Shown here in pieces: positions 1 to 9,504 of a stretch of 56,755 bases of DNA (the first letter of the stretch is position 1; each line of letters begins with the position of its first letter). The position numbers were made by a program, and so were the translations under genes. Source of the DNA: a candidate division FCPU426 bacterium (GTDB lineage Bacteria > Oederibacteriota > Muellerivitia > Muellerivitales > Muellerivitaceae); the NCBI GenBank assembly GCA_030038835.1, contig JASHQZ010000167.1:1-56755 (forward strand), written 5' to 3'. Under the pieces are notes generated by a model that saw nothing but the letters and a program-made list of their open reading frames with translations, was not told the DNA's origin and did no database searches.

Positions 1-1
1 C

Positions 2-739
2 TGGGGGCAAGAAGGTTGCAAGGGGAATTACCCACCCATTCCCGTGATGGTGGCCACGTCGACGCCTACCTTGCAGCCCTATGTCATCTCCAACTTCAAC
101 AGCGACTCCGTGACCATCAGTTCCTCCCTCCTGAACATTGATGGGCATCCCGGCGATTTTAGCGATAATACCTATGGTGGAAGTCCCGCCAATACCATCG
201 ACAACCCTTTCATTTTTCCGAACCCCGGCGACGGCAGCAATTTCGCCGCCCATATTTATTGCTCGTTGAGCGATCCTCCCGTCACCACGATCAGCAACGG
301 CGTTACGACCGTCGGGTCGGGTTATCCCGCCGATGAACTGATCTGTACGCTAGTGAGCGGGGGAGCGTCGCCTTATTACAACGCGAGCAGTTTCAGCGGT
401 ATCCAATTTGAGATCAACATCATGCCCGACGACACCAACACCAACCGTGTTTTCCAGGTTGGGGTGAGCGTGGTGACGCCCACCAGCATCGCCGGCGGAA
501 CTTGCACCTCGGGATGTTACAACTACTACCAGGCGGTCCTGCCCGGCCCCACCGGTGGATGGGTGACGGAAACCTACGATTGGAGTTCTATTGTTTATCC
601 AGGCTATGGAACGAATAACGGACTCATCACCAATTTCCTGACGAGCATGATCTTCTTTCAATGGAGTTTCAACGACAACGGCGGCCTTAAAAACACCTAT
701 ACGGACTTCTGGGTCGATAACGTCCAGTTCATACCTTGA
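2..739 (+). CDS. 3' part of a gene for a secreted protein ending in a CBM-like (carbohydrate-binding-module type) domain; the 5' end lies outside the window
   Basis: The frame is open from base 2, with no stop before the GTG/ATG at 44-49, and ends at TGA 737-739. The sequence is G/N/T/S-rich and ends ...NTYTDFWVDNVQFIP, a pattern I associate with CBM11-type modules (from memory, not searched). Confidence 0.45.
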   Translation, partial: WGQEGCKGNYPPIPVMVATSTPTLQPYVISNFNSDSVTISSSLLNIDGHPGDFSDNTYGGSPANTIDNPFIFPNPGDGSNFAAHIYCSLSDPPVTTISNGVTTVGSGYPADELICTLVSGGASPYYNASSFSGIQFEINIMPDDTNTNRVFQVGVSVVTPTSIAGGTCTSGCYNYYQAVLPGPTGGWVTETYDWSSIVYPGYGTNNGLITNFLTSMIFFQWSFNDNGGLKNTYTDFWVDNVQFIP

Positions 740-884
740 TTTGAATTGGAACATAAGAATGCTTTTTGACTTTTTCCCCCATGAAAGTGGGATGCATCTC
801 TTTTGTCCTAGTTTTTCTTCCGCTCCCCACTGTCCATGAATCGGGGTTCGTATTTTAAACGGATGGACATCGGCAATTAAAAAC

Positions 885-914
885 TTGCAAATCAAAGGGT
901 TTTTTTGGTAGAAA
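885..914 (+). promoter_or_regulatory. Possible sigma70-type promoter upstream of tRNA-Gly
   Basis: TTGCAA (885-890), an 18-nt spacer, then TAGAAA (909-914), about 90 nt upstream of the tRNA. Confidence 0.25.
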
Positions 915-1006
915 TGATGCCCCAAAGCGGTCGTCTGAAACCTTGCCGGCGCGCTTGTCGCACCCCTTTGGGGAAGTGGCAAAGCGGCTGAAAAACGCCG
1001 AAAAAT

Positions 1007-1081
<75 letters not shown>

Positions 1082-1296
1082 TCTGCGCCCGGACTTTGTC
1101 CAGGGCTTAATTTGGGTGATCAGGGGAACCATTGAGCAGGGGGTTTAGGCAATAGCCATCAACTGCCACGAATTCCGCTGGTCACCTTTCTTTTTGTAAA
1201 GGGCGGAATTTTCAACTAGCCCCGGGGTACATAGGGGTGCCAACCCCTATGGCTTTAAGATGCGGAACACGGGGGACCTGTGAGTGCGAAGCACGG

Positions 1297-1372
1297 GGCG
1301 GCATACCCAAGTGGTTAAGGGAGCGGTCTGCAAAACCGCGATTCGGCGGTTCAAATCCGCCTGCCGCCTCCA
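1297..1372 (+). tRNA. tRNA-Cys (anticodon GCA), CCA encoded
   Basis: Acceptor stem GGCGGCA/TGCCGCC. Anticodon stem GCGGT/ACCGC with loop CTGCAAA. T-loop GGTTCAAATCC. 3' end is TCCA. Confidence 0.93.
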
Positions 1373-1457
1373 AATTTCAAAGTCATCTGACAATTCACGG
1401 TCGACAGCCCTGAACAGGGCCTTTCGACAATAACTGTCAACTGTGAGCTGCCCTTCC

Positions 1458-3050
1458 ATGGTTTCTTTCCCCTGGACTCCTGAAGACCTCCAACAAATGA
1501 AGGCGATGGGGGTTGATCCCGTCGAGGCCTCCCGCCAGTTGGAGCTTTTCCGAACTCCCCCACCTTTCGCCGACCTGGTCCGGCCGGCGACCGTGGGCGA
1601 CGGCATCTGCCGCCTGACCCCCGCCCAAAAGAAAAAAGCCCTGGCGAATTACCGTAAGGCCGCTTTGCGGGGGCGCTTCAGCAAGTTTGTGCCCGCCTCG
1701 GGCGCCGCCAGCCGCATGTTCCACCTTTTAATGAAGTTTGTCCAAAGGAACCCTTTCTCCGAGGAGGACTTGAAAAGGGAAATCCTGGAGGGCCGGGAGG
1801 AGAGCCGGCAATTCCTTGAATTCATGGACTCCCTCTCCCATTTCGCCTTCTTCGACGAGTTGGGAGGAGCGCTTTCCAAGCATGACTTGGATTTGGAAAC
1901 CCTCCGTCGGGAAGGCCGGTTCCTGGAAATCCTCCGGGTCCTTCTTATGCCGGAGGGGCTTAATTACTCCCAGAAGCCGAAAGGACTCATCCAGTTCCAC
2001 GGATATCCCCAGGAGAACCGGACTCCCATGGAGGAACACTTGGTGGAAGGCGTCCAATACGTCCAGGACCGGTCCAAACGGTGCCGCATCCACTTTACGG
2101 TTTCCGAGGAACACGCGGAAGCCTGCCGGGGCCATTTTTTGACGGTGCGGAAAAAATATGAAAAGAAATACGGGGTCAAATTTGAGCTGGATTTTTCGGT
2201 GCAAGGGCCGGGCACCAACACCCTGGCGGCGGACAAGGACAACCAGCCATTCCGCGACGGGGAAGGGAGGCTGGTTTTCCGGCCCGCGGGCCACGGCGCC
2301 TTACTGGAGAACCTCAACCGGCTCAAGGGCGACTTGGTCTACGTTAAAAACATCGATAACGTGACACTGGAACACCGCCTGGAAACGGCCGTCCTTTGGA
2401 AGAAAATCCTGGGGGGGTACCTGGCCGGAATCCAGGAATCGGTTTTCAAGGCCTTGCGGAAACTGTGTGCCAAGAGGACAACGATTAAAACCACCGCCCG
2501 GTTGAAGAGGTTCGCCGTGCGGGAACTGGGCATGGACCCTGGCGCGGATTTCGACAGCCTTTCCGCGACGGCTAAAATCCGGCGGCTCCAAGGGCTTTTC
2601 AATCGTCCCCTTCGCGTTTGCGGCGTGGTGCCGGCCACGGGGGAGCCGGGCGGCGGGCCCTATTGGTTGAAGGACTCCGGCGGGAAGATTTCGCTCCAAA
2701 TCGTGGAAAAGGCCCAGATGGATTTGGGAAAGCCGGGCCAGTCGAAAATCTTCGAGGGCGCGACCCATTTTAACCCGGTAGACCTGGTTTGCGGGTTGAG
2801 GGACTGGCGTGGAAGGCCTTTCCGGTTGAAGAAGTACCGCGACCCCGGCGCGGTTTTCATCAGCTCGAAGTCCATGGGCGGGCGGGAACTGAAAGCCTTG
2901 GAACTGCCGGGCCTGTGGAACGGAGCCATGGCCCATTGGATCACCCTTTTCGTGGAAGTGCCCTTGGAGACCTTCAACCCCGTCAAGACGGTGTTCGACC
3001 TGTTGAAGCCGGCGCACCAATCCAAGGGAAAAGTCCCCGCTCGTAAATGA
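1458..3050 (+). CDS. DUF4301-like protein (UDP-sugar-pyrophosphorylase-like nucleotidyltransferase fold suspected)
   Basis: The ORF is 1443..3050, and ATG 1458 gives the N-terminus MVSFPWTPEDLQQM. Motifs FVPASGAASRMF and RPAGHGALLENL, with a length near 530 aa, match my memory of the DUF4301 family. No function is known. Confidence 0.6.
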   Translation: MVSFPWTPEDLQQMKAMGVDPVEASRQLELFRTPPPFADLVRPATVGDGICRLTPAQKKKALANYRKAALRGRFSKFVPASGAASRMFHLLMKFVQRNPFSEEDLKREILEGREESRQFLEFMDSLSHFAFFDELGGALSKHDLDLETLRREGRFLEILRVLLMPEGLNYSQKPKGLIQFHGYPQENRTPMEEHLVEGVQYVQDRSKRCRIHFTVSEEHAEACRGHFLTVRKKYEKKYGVKFELDFSVQGPGTNTLAADKDNQPFRDGEGRLVFRPAGHGALLENLNRLKGDLVYVKNIDNVTLEHRLETAVLWKKILGGYLAGIQESVFKALRKLCAKRTTIKTTARLKRFAVRELGMDPGADFDSLSATAKIRRLQGLFNRPLRVCGVVPATGEPGGGPYWLKDSGGKISLQIVEKAQMDLGKPGQSKIFEGATHFNPVDLVCGLRDWRGRPFRLKKYRDPGAVFISSKSMGGRELKALELPGLWNGAMAHWITLFVEVPLETFNPVKTVFDLLKPAHQSKGKVPARK

Positions 3051-3126
3051 AATCCAAATGGGTTTCAGCTGCAGCGAATAGACGGGCTTCGCTATAATTG
3101 GCACATTATTTTCGGAAAGAGACGCC

Positions 3127-4215
3127 ATGAAAACCATCGTTGTCACGGGAGGCGCGGGATTCATCGGCTCCAATTTCGTTTATTACCTGCTCTCCCACTC
3201 CACTTCCTCCCGGATCGTGGTCTTCGACAAACTGACCTACGCAGGTAACCAACGAAGCCTCCAGGAAGCGATTGAGACGGGGCGGGTCCATTTCGTCCAG
3301 GGGGATATCGCCGACAGCCGACAGGTCCATGCCCTGTACCACCGCTTCAAGCCAGCTTATATCTTTAACTTCGCTGCGGAAAGCCACGTGGACCGGTCCA
3401 TTGAGGGGCCTGAAGCATTTGTGCGGACGAATGTGGAAGGAACTTTCCAGCTCCTACAGGAATCCCGGCGCTATTGGATGGGGCTGAAGGGCCGGGCACG
3501 TGTAGATTTCCGTTTCTTGCATGTCTCGACCGATGAGGTTTATGGAAGCCTGGGAAAGACCGGTTCTTTTTCTGAAACAACCCCTTACGCCCCCAACTCG
3601 CCTTACTCGGCCACCAAGGCCGGGGCGGACCACCTAGTGCGGGCTTACCACGAAACCTATGGATTGCCCGTGGTATTGACCAATTGCTCGAACAATTACG
3701 GCCCCTACCAGTTCCCGGAAAAACTGATCCCGCTCATGATTTTAAACGCCCTGGAAGGGAAGCCATTACCGGTTTACGGTGACGGCAAGAACGTAAGGGA
3801 TTGGCTTTATGTGGAGGACCATTGCGAAGCTTTGTGGAAGGCCATGACGAAGGGGAGCCCCGGGGAGAGGTACAACGTGGGGGGAAGCAACGAAAAAACC
3901 AACTTGGAGGTGGTGGGCACTCTTTGTCGGCAGCTTCAAAGGGCCTATCCCGCCGGGCAAAATCCCGCGCTTTTGGAGAAGGGCCTCAAGGATTATGGTA
4001 AACTCGTTGTTTTCGTGAAGGATAGGCCGGGCCATGACCGGCGATACGCCATCGATGCCTCCAAGATCCGGCGGGAATTGGGCTGGATCCCTCACCATTC
4101 CTTCGACACCGGCATGGAAGCCACCGTGAAATGGTACTTGGGCCACCTGGATTGGTGCCGGAGGGTTCAGGAAGGGAATTACGGGCGGCAAAGGCTGGGG
4201 TTGCTTAAAAAATAA
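3127..4215 (+). CDS. rfbB: dTDP-glucose 4,6-dehydratase
   Basis: MKTIVVTGGAGFIGSNF Rossmann motif, YSATKAGADHL catalytic YxxxK, 362 aa. Confidence 0.95.
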   Translation: MKTIVVTGGAGFIGSNFVYYLLSHSTSSRIVVFDKLTYAGNQRSLQEAIETGRVHFVQGDIADSRQVHALYHRFKPAYIFNFAAESHVDRSIEGPEAFVRTNVEGTFQLLQESRRYWMGLKGRARVDFRFLHVSTDEVYGSLGKTGSFSETTPYAPNSPYSATKAGADHLVRAYHETYGLPVVLTNCSNNYGPYQFPEKLIPLMILNALEGKPLPVYGDGKNVRDWLYVEDHCEALWKAMTKGSPGERYNVGGSNEKTNLEVVGTLCRQLQRAYPAGQNPALLEKGLKDYGKLVVFVKDRPGHDRRYAIDASKIRRELGWIPHHSFDTGMEATVKWYLGHLDWCRRVQEGNYGRQRLGLLKK

Positions 4216-4313
4216 TTTTGAGTTGAAGGCAAAAGGCTTCTGCATTTATGCCTTTCTTCGCGACGTTTGCGTTTTCACGGTGAAATTTTAGGGTTATGAA
4301 TGAAAGGGCAAAA

Positions 4314-5186
4314 ATGAAAGGCATTGTTTTGGCCGGGGGATCGGGCACGCGCCTTTACCCCGTCACGAAGGCGGTCAGCAAACAGCTGCTACCCGTTTAC
4401 AACAAGCCCATGGTTTATTACCCCCTTTCGGTTTTGATGCTGGCGGGCATCCGCGAAATCCTGGTCATTTCAACGCCGCACGACCTTCCTTATTTCGAGA
4501 AGCTTTTGGGCAACGGCCGGTCCCTGGGGATGCGCCTGGAGTACGCGATCCAGGATCGCCCTGCGGGAATCGCCCAAGCCTTCCTGATCGGGAAGAAATT
4601 CATCGGCAGGGATCCGGTGGCCCTGATTCTGGGCGACAACATTTTTTACGGTTACGGCCTGACCGGACAGCTCCGGCACGCGGCCCGGCGGAAATCGGGG
4701 GCCACCATCTTCGCTTACTGGGTCAAGGATCCGGAGAGATACGGTGTGGTGGAATTCAACGCCCAAGGGAAGGCCGTGGATATCCAGGAGAAGCCCCCCA
4801 AGCCACGGTCGCCTTTCGCAGTCACGGGCCTTTACTTTTACGACAACCGGGTGGCCTCCATTGCTGCGTCCCTGGAACCCTCGGCCCGGGGCGAGCTGGA
4901 AATCACGGACGTGAACCGGGCCTACCTGAAACGGGGGCAATTGAAGGTGGAAAAACTGAGCCGGGGGGTGGCGTGGCTGGACACGGGGACACCGGAGTCC
5001 TTGATGCAGGCCTCCTTGTTCATCCAAACCATCGAGGACCGTCAGGGGCTGAAGGTGGCCTGCCTGGAGGAAATCGCCTATAACCAGCGGTTCATCACCC
5101 GGGCCGGCCTGGAGGCGTTGATCGAAAAAATCAGGCCCAGCGGTTACGCCCGCTACCTCGAAACCATCTTGAAGCAGGATGCCTGA
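4314..5186 (+). CDS. rfbA: Glucose-1-phosphate thymidylyltransferase
   Basis: [19 protein letters not shown]-terminus. ATG 4314 has an AAGGG Shine-Dalgarno (SD) sequence 5 nt upstream (the ORF track starts at 4296). The stop overlaps the rfbC start (TGATG). Confidence 0.95.
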   Translation: MKGIVLAGGSGTRLYPVTKAVSKQLLPVYNKPMVYYPLSVLMLAGIREILVISTPHDLPYFEKLLGNGRSLGMRLEYAIQDRPAGIAQAFLIGKKFIGRDPVALILGDNIFYGYGLTGQLRHAARRKSGATIFAYWVKDPERYGVVEFNAQGKAVDIQEKPPKPRSPFAVTGLYFYDNRVASIAASLEPSARGELEITDVNRAYLKRGQLKVEKLSRGVAWLDTGTPESLMQASLFIQTIEDRQGLKVACLEEIAYNQRFITRAGLEALIEKIRPSGYARYLETILKQDA

Positions 5187-5761
5187 TGCGCGTCACGCCC
5201 ACGCCCATCAAGGAAGTCCTGCTGGTGGAACCGGACGTCCACCGAGACGCCCGCGGTTTTTTCCTGGAATCCTACCATTTCCAAAAATTCACCCAGGCCG
5301 GCTTGGCGGTCCGGTTCGTCCAGGACAACCATTCCCGTTCCGGCCAGGGCACCTTGCGGGGCCTGCACGCCCAGCTGCGCAAGCCCCAAGGCAAGCTTAT
5401 CCGGGTGATCCAGGGCGAAATCTTCGATGTGGCCGTGGATGCGCGCCCCGATTCGCCCACCTTCGGGCAATGGGTGGGGCAGCTGTTGTCCCAGGAAAAC
5501 TTTCTCCAGCTTTACGTGCCTCCCGGGTTCTTCCATGGTTTTTGTGTGACGGGCTTTTCCGCCGAGGTGGAGTACAAATGCACGGATTTTTACAACCCCG
5601 CCGACGAAATAGGCCTGCGCTGGAACGACCCAGATTTGAAAATCCAGTGGCCCGTCTCCGACCCGGTTTTGTCCCAAAAAGATAAGAAGCTTCCTTTGCT
5701 AAGGGAAATCCAAGGGCCGCTGGAAATTTACCGGGGCCTCCGGCCGGGAGGAAGGACTTGA
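5186..5761 (+). CDS. rfbC: dTDP-4-dehydrorhamnose 3,5-epimerase
   Basis: RmlC cupin motifs: DxRGFF, RGLHxQ, KLIRVxxGxIFDVAVD, YxP.GFxHGF. Confidence 0.93.
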   Translation: MRVTPTPIKEVLLVEPDVHRDARGFFLESYHFQKFTQAGLAVRFVQDNHSRSGQGTLRGLHAQLRKPQGKLIRVIQGEIFDVAVDARPDSPTFGQWVGQLLSQENFLQLYVPPGFFHGFCVTGFSAEVEYKCTDFYNPADEIGLRWNDPDLKIQWPVSDPVLSQKDKKLPLLREIQGPLEIYRGLRPGGRT

Positions 5762-5884
5762 ACCTGTTGGGCGGAGGTTCGATCTAAGGATTCCGCCGGA
5801 TAAGGATGGACAGTCGAAGCCGGTCCGGTAGAATTGTGCCCTAATCAAAGACCCGGGATTTCAGCCTTTTTATTTTATGAGGAG

Positions 5885-6565
5885 ATGGACATGGCGGATG
5901 AGGTGTTCTCAAAGTACTTTAAATTTTTGTTCCGCCACCATCCTTGGCATGGAATGGACTTGGGGAAAAACGCGCCTACAGTCGTGAACGCCTACGTCGA
6001 AATCACCCCCACCGATACGGTCAAATATGAAGTGGACAAGGCTACGGGTTTCCTGAAGCTGGACAGGCCCCAAGCCTTTTCCAGCCAATGTCCCTCGCTT
6101 TACGGATTCATCCCCCGCACCTATTGCGGCCCCCAAGTGGCGGAATTTTTCGCCAAGAAGATGAAACTGGACCACATCAACGGCGATATGGACCCCTTGG
6201 ACATCTGCATCTTGTCGGAACGCCCCATTTTTAAAAGCGACATCCTGGTGGAGGCCAAACCCATCGGAGGTTTAAGGATGATCGACAATGGGGAGGCGGA
6301 CGACAAGATCATCGCGGTCTTAAGGGGCGACCTGGTCTATGGTAATATGACCGAGATCAACGATTGCCCCCGCAACCTGATCGACCGGCTTCGGCATTAC
6401 TTCCTGACCTACAAAGATTTCCCCTCGGTCAACCTGGGAAAGACGGAAATCGCCCATACCTATGGCCGCGACGAGGCTTTTGAGGTCATCCGGCTCAGCC
6501 AAATGGATTACAACGACAAATTCTCGGACCTTTCGGACGCCCTCAAGAACGTATTGATGGGATGA
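5885..6565 (+). CDS. ppa: Inorganic pyrophosphatase (family I)
   Basis: YEVDKxTG...LDR, DGDPLDICIL and IDNGEADDKIIAV motifs. The start is ATG 5885 or 5891, just after GAGGAG (the ORF track starts at GTG 5834). Confidence 0.85.
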   Translation: MDMADEVFSKYFKFLFRHHPWHGMDLGKNAPTVVNAYVEITPTDTVKYEVDKATGFLKLDRPQAFSSQCPSLYGFIPRTYCGPQVAEFFAKKMKLDHINGDMDPLDICILSERPIFKSDILVEAKPIGGLRMIDNGEADDKIIAVLRGDLVYGNMTEINDCPRNLIDRLRHYFLTYKDFPSVNLGKTEIAHTYGRDEAFEVIRLSQMDYNDKFSDLSDALKNVLMG

Positions 6566-6580
6566 CCTCCCTTAAAAGAG

Positions 6581-6609
6581 TTGAAAACAGCCCCTTGAAA
6601 GCCTTATAA
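6581..6609 (+). promoter_or_regulatory. Possible sigma70-type promoter for tRNA-Val/thrS
   Basis: TTGAAA (6581-6586), a 17-nt spacer, then TTATAA (6604-6609). Confidence 0.35.
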
Positions 6610-6652
6610 GGATAGTCCCTTTAATGGAAAGACGGGGCGGTTTGAGGCACGT

Positions 6653-6729
6653 GGGCGTATAGCTCAGCTGGTTAGAGTACTTCCTTGACATGGAAGGGGT
6701 CACTGGTTCGAGTCCAGTTACGCCCACCA
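6653..6729 (+). tRNA. tRNA-Val (anticodon GAC), CCA encoded
   Basis: Acceptor stem GGGCGTA/TACGCCC. Anticodon stem CTTCC/GGAAG with loop TTGACAT. T-loop GGTTCGAGTCC. 3' end is ACCA. Confidence 0.93.
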
Positions 6730-6879
6730 TATTTCGCTTCATTGGACATTTAAAAAGTTGCGAAGTATGACCTCCGAAGTCTTGGCGAAGGAGGACGGAG
6801 TTGACGTCCGGCTCCGGGTGGCAGTCCATTTTTTTGAAGTTTTTCTTTCTTAAGTCCGTAACATCCTATCGAGTGTCCC

Positions 6880-8706
6880 ATGTCCGAAAAATACGAACCC
6901 AAACATAAGATGGACGAATCGCTCTTCCGGATGCGGCATTCGCTGGCGCATGTCCTGGCGGAAGCCGTCCTTCAGGTGCGCCCCAAGGCCCAATTGGGCT
7001 TCGGCCCCCCCATCCGCACCGGCTTTTACTACGATTTCAAGCTGGACGAGCCCCTGGCCGAATCCGACTTGCCGGACATCGAAAAGCGCATGCGCAAGAT
7101 CATCCAGGAGAAACAGGAATTCAAGCGGGAGGATCTCCCCAAGGAGCAGGCCCTGAAGAAACTGGAGGGCATGGGCCAGGAACTGAAGGTGGAATACGCC
7201 CAGGAACTCTTGAAGGCCGGTGAAAACCTGAGTTTTTACTCCAGTGGCCCCTTCGTGGACATGTGCGAGGGCCCCCATGTTTCCGACACCTCCAAGATTC
7301 CCCTCAACGGGTTCAAGCTGGACTCTTTGGCCGGAAGCTATTGGAGGGGCGATTCCCACCGCCCGATGCTCACCCGCATTTATGGGCTGGCTTTCCCCAC
7401 CGAAAATGAACTCAAGGAATTCATCAAGAACCGTGAACTGGCCCTGAAGCGCGACCATCGCAAACTAGGCCAGGAACTGGAACTCTTCACCTTTGACGAG
7501 CACGTGGGCAAGGGCCTGCCCCTTTGGCTTCCCAACGGAACCGTTATCCGGGAAGAATTGGAGAAATTCGCCAAGGAACTGGAGTTCAAGGATGGCTATG
7601 TGCGGGTGGCCACCCCTAACATCGCCAATGGGGAACTTTATAAGCTCTCCGGCCATCTCCAGCTTTACAAGGAAATCATGTTCCCGCCCATGAAGAGCCT
7701 AGAGAAGGACCCGGATTCTCCCGCCGAGGAGTTCTATATGAAGCCCATGAACTGCCCCCACCACCACATGATTTACTTGAACCGCCCCCGCAGCTACCGG
7801 GAATTGCCCTTAAGGCTGGCGGAGTACGGCACCTGTTACCGTTTTGAAAAATCAGGCCAGCTAGCGGGACTGTTGCGGGTACGGTCCCTTTCCATGAACG
7901 ACGCCCATCTTTACTGCACCGTGGACCAAATAGAGGAAGAAATCAAAAAAATCGTCGCGATGCAGGAGTTTTATTACAAAAAATTCCGCCTGGAACGGGT
8001 CTGGATCCGGCTCTCCCTTCATGACCAGGACAAGGAAAAGTTCGTCGACAATGAGGAACTTTGGACCAAGACCGAGAACATGCTGCGCGAGGTTCTCAAG
8101 GAATTAAAGGTTGAATACGAGGAGGCGGCCGGCGAGGCAGCCTTTTACGGCCCAAAGTTAGACTACCAGACAGAAAACGTCATTGGAAGGGAGGAAACGA
8201 TTTCGACCATACAGCTGGACTTTACCGCGCCCGAGCGGTTCCAGTTGGAGTTCACCGCCGCCGACGGCTCGAAGCAAAGGCCGCTGGTCATCCATCGCGC
8301 CCCCCTGGGGACCCACGAGCGTTTCATTTCCTTCCTGATTGAAAGATTCGGCGGTGCTTTCCCGAGCTGGCTCTCGCCCATCCAAGTAAGGATCGTGCCG
8401 GTGGCGGAGGATTTCCTGCCCTACGCCGAGAAACTTTCCGATGATTTGAGGGGGCAAATGGTCCGCGCCGAGGTGGACGCGACCACCGATTCATTCTCCA
8501 AAAAGGTCCGGAACGCCGTCACCAAGAAAATTCCCAACATCTGGATCGTGGGCGCAAACGAGGTCAAGGACCAGACGGTTACTTGGCGCCGATACGCCGT
8601 GGAAAAGCAGGCCCAAGTCCCGGCCGAAAAGGCAAAGGGAATGCTAGCCCTGATGATCCAACAAAGGACAATGGACAATTTCCCGGACGTGGATTTGCCG
8701 CCCTGA
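6880..8706 (+). CDS. thrS: Threonine--tRNA ligase (no N-terminal TGS domain)
   Basis: Editing-domain HSLAHVL at residues 20-26 and DMCEGPHV. Class II motifs (MNCPHH, FRxE, RVRSLSMNDAH), anticodon-binding C-terminus, 608 aa. Confidence 0.95.
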   Translation: MSEKYEPKHKMDESLFRMRHSLAHVLAEAVLQVRPKAQLGFGPPIRTGFYYDFKLDEPLAESDLPDIEKRMRKIIQEKQEFKREDLPKEQALKKLEGMGQELKVEYAQELLKAGENLSFYSSGPFVDMCEGPHVSDTSKIPLNGFKLDSLAGSYWRGDSHRPMLTRIYGLAFPTENELKEFIKNRELALKRDHRKLGQELELFTFDEHVGKGLPLWLPNGTVIREELEKFAKELEFKDGYVRVATPNIANGELYKLSGHLQLYKEIMFPPMKSLEKDPDSPAEEFYMKPMNCPHHHMIYLNRPRSYRELPLRLAEYGTCYRFEKSGQLAGLLRVRSLSMNDAHLYCTVDQIEEEIKKIVAMQEFYYKKFRLERVWIRLSLHDQDKEKFVDNEELWTKTENMLREVLKELKVEYEEAAGEAAFYGPKLDYQTENVIGREETISTIQLDFTAPERFQLEFTAADGSKQRPLVIHRAPLGTHERFISFLIERFGGAFPSWLSPIQVRIVPVAEDFLPYAEKLSDDLRGQMVRAEVDATTDSFSKKVRNAVTKKIPNIWIVGANEVKDQTVTWRRYAVEKQAQVPAEKAKGMLALMIQQRTMDNFPDVDLPP

Positions 8707-8723
8707 CCCGCCCTTAAATCCCT

Positions 8724-8752
8724 TTGACAAAAAAAGGCCCGAAAGTTAATAT
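8724..8752 (+). promoter_or_regulatory. Near-consensus sigma70 promoter for the infC-rpmI-rplT operon
   Basis: TTGACA (8724-8729), exactly 17 nt, then TAATAT (8747-8752), 18 nt after the thrS stop. Confidence 0.55.
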
Positions 8753-8759
8753 TCTCCCC

Positions 8760-8934
8760 TCTCAAATGAGAGCAAGCAGGGGCCTCCGTCCCTCACCCCC
8801 AGCCCAACCGGTGCGAACGGGTTTTTGATGGTATCCACGCCTTTGGTTTTGGATATTTCCATTTAAAGGACGGATCTTGCCCTGCGAGGTTCGTCCTTTT
8901 TGTTTTTAAACAAAATCACCGGGAGGTAACCCAC
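8760..8934 (+). promoter_or_regulatory. About 175-nt structured leader of infC, a candidate L20-leader-type attenuator
   Basis: It lies between the promoter and the infC SD. It contains a terminator-like hairpin with a T-tract (8865-8907) that ends 14 nt before the SD GGGAGG (8921-8926). Confidence 0.4.
8865..8907 (+). terminator. Intrinsic terminator/attenuator hairpin
   Basis: AAAGGACG (8865-8872) pairs with CGTCCTTT (8892-8899). The stem can extend inward with G-U pairs to a CCT loop. It is followed by TTGTTTTT. Confidence 0.6.
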
Positions 8935-9504
8935 ATTTCTACAAAAGAACTAAGAATCAACCACCAAATCCGCGCCCGGCAGGTTCGCCTCGTGGGCGAT
9001 GCCGGTGAACAACTTGGGATCGTGGATTTAAGCAAGGCCTTGACCATCGCCCGCGAAAAAAACCTGGACCTGGTGGAAGTGGCCCCCGATGGGGTCCCGC
9101 CGGTGTGCCGCATCCTGAATTACGGCAAGTTCAAATACGCCCAGCGTAAGAAAGAAAAAGAGGCTTCCAAAAAGCAACGGATCATCCGGGTAAAGGAACT
9201 TAAAATCCGCCCCAAGATCGACGAGCACGACTACCAAACTAAGCTCAAGATGGCCTGGAAGTTCTTCGATCACGGCGACAAGGTGAAGGTGAGCTTGATA
9301 TTCCGTGGAAGGGAAATGAGCCACAAGGAACTGGGGCGCCAGCTTATGGAGCGGGTGGTTTCCGATTTCAGCGAGTTCGCCGAGCTGGAGGCGCCTCCCA
9401 AGGATGAAGGCATGCAGATTGTGGCGGTCTTTAACGCCAGGCCCCAAACGCAAAAAGCTCCGGCGAAGGAGACATCTCTAGAAAAGGAAGGGGAAAATGG
9501 CTAA
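8935..9504 (+). CDS. infC: Translation initiation factor IF-3, with a non-canonical ATT (AUU) start
   Basis: The frame is open from 8770. IF-3 homology (...INHQIRARQVRLVGDAGEQLGIV...) begins upstream of the first GTG (8992). In-frame ATT 8935 sits 8 nt after GGGAGG. No ATG, GTG or TTG occurs in frame between 8770 and 8991. Confidence 0.9.
   Translation: MSTKELRINHQIRARQVRLVGDAGEQLGIVDLSKALTIAREKNLDLVEVAPDGVPPVCRILNYGKFKYAQRKKEKEASKKQRIIRVKELKIRPKIDEHDYQTKLKMAWKFFDHGDKVKVSLIFRGREMSHKELGRQLMERVVSDFSEFAELEAPPKDEGMQIVAVFNARPQTQKAPAKETSLEKEGENG

Noticed and set aside
1728-3173. Several long minus-strand ORFs (1728..2294, 1964..2326, 2301..3173) opposite the DUF4301-like gene.
   Set aside because: They have no recognisable motifs and Arg/Pro/Gly-rich sequences. 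They are fully overlapped by a plus-strand gene with family-like motifs.
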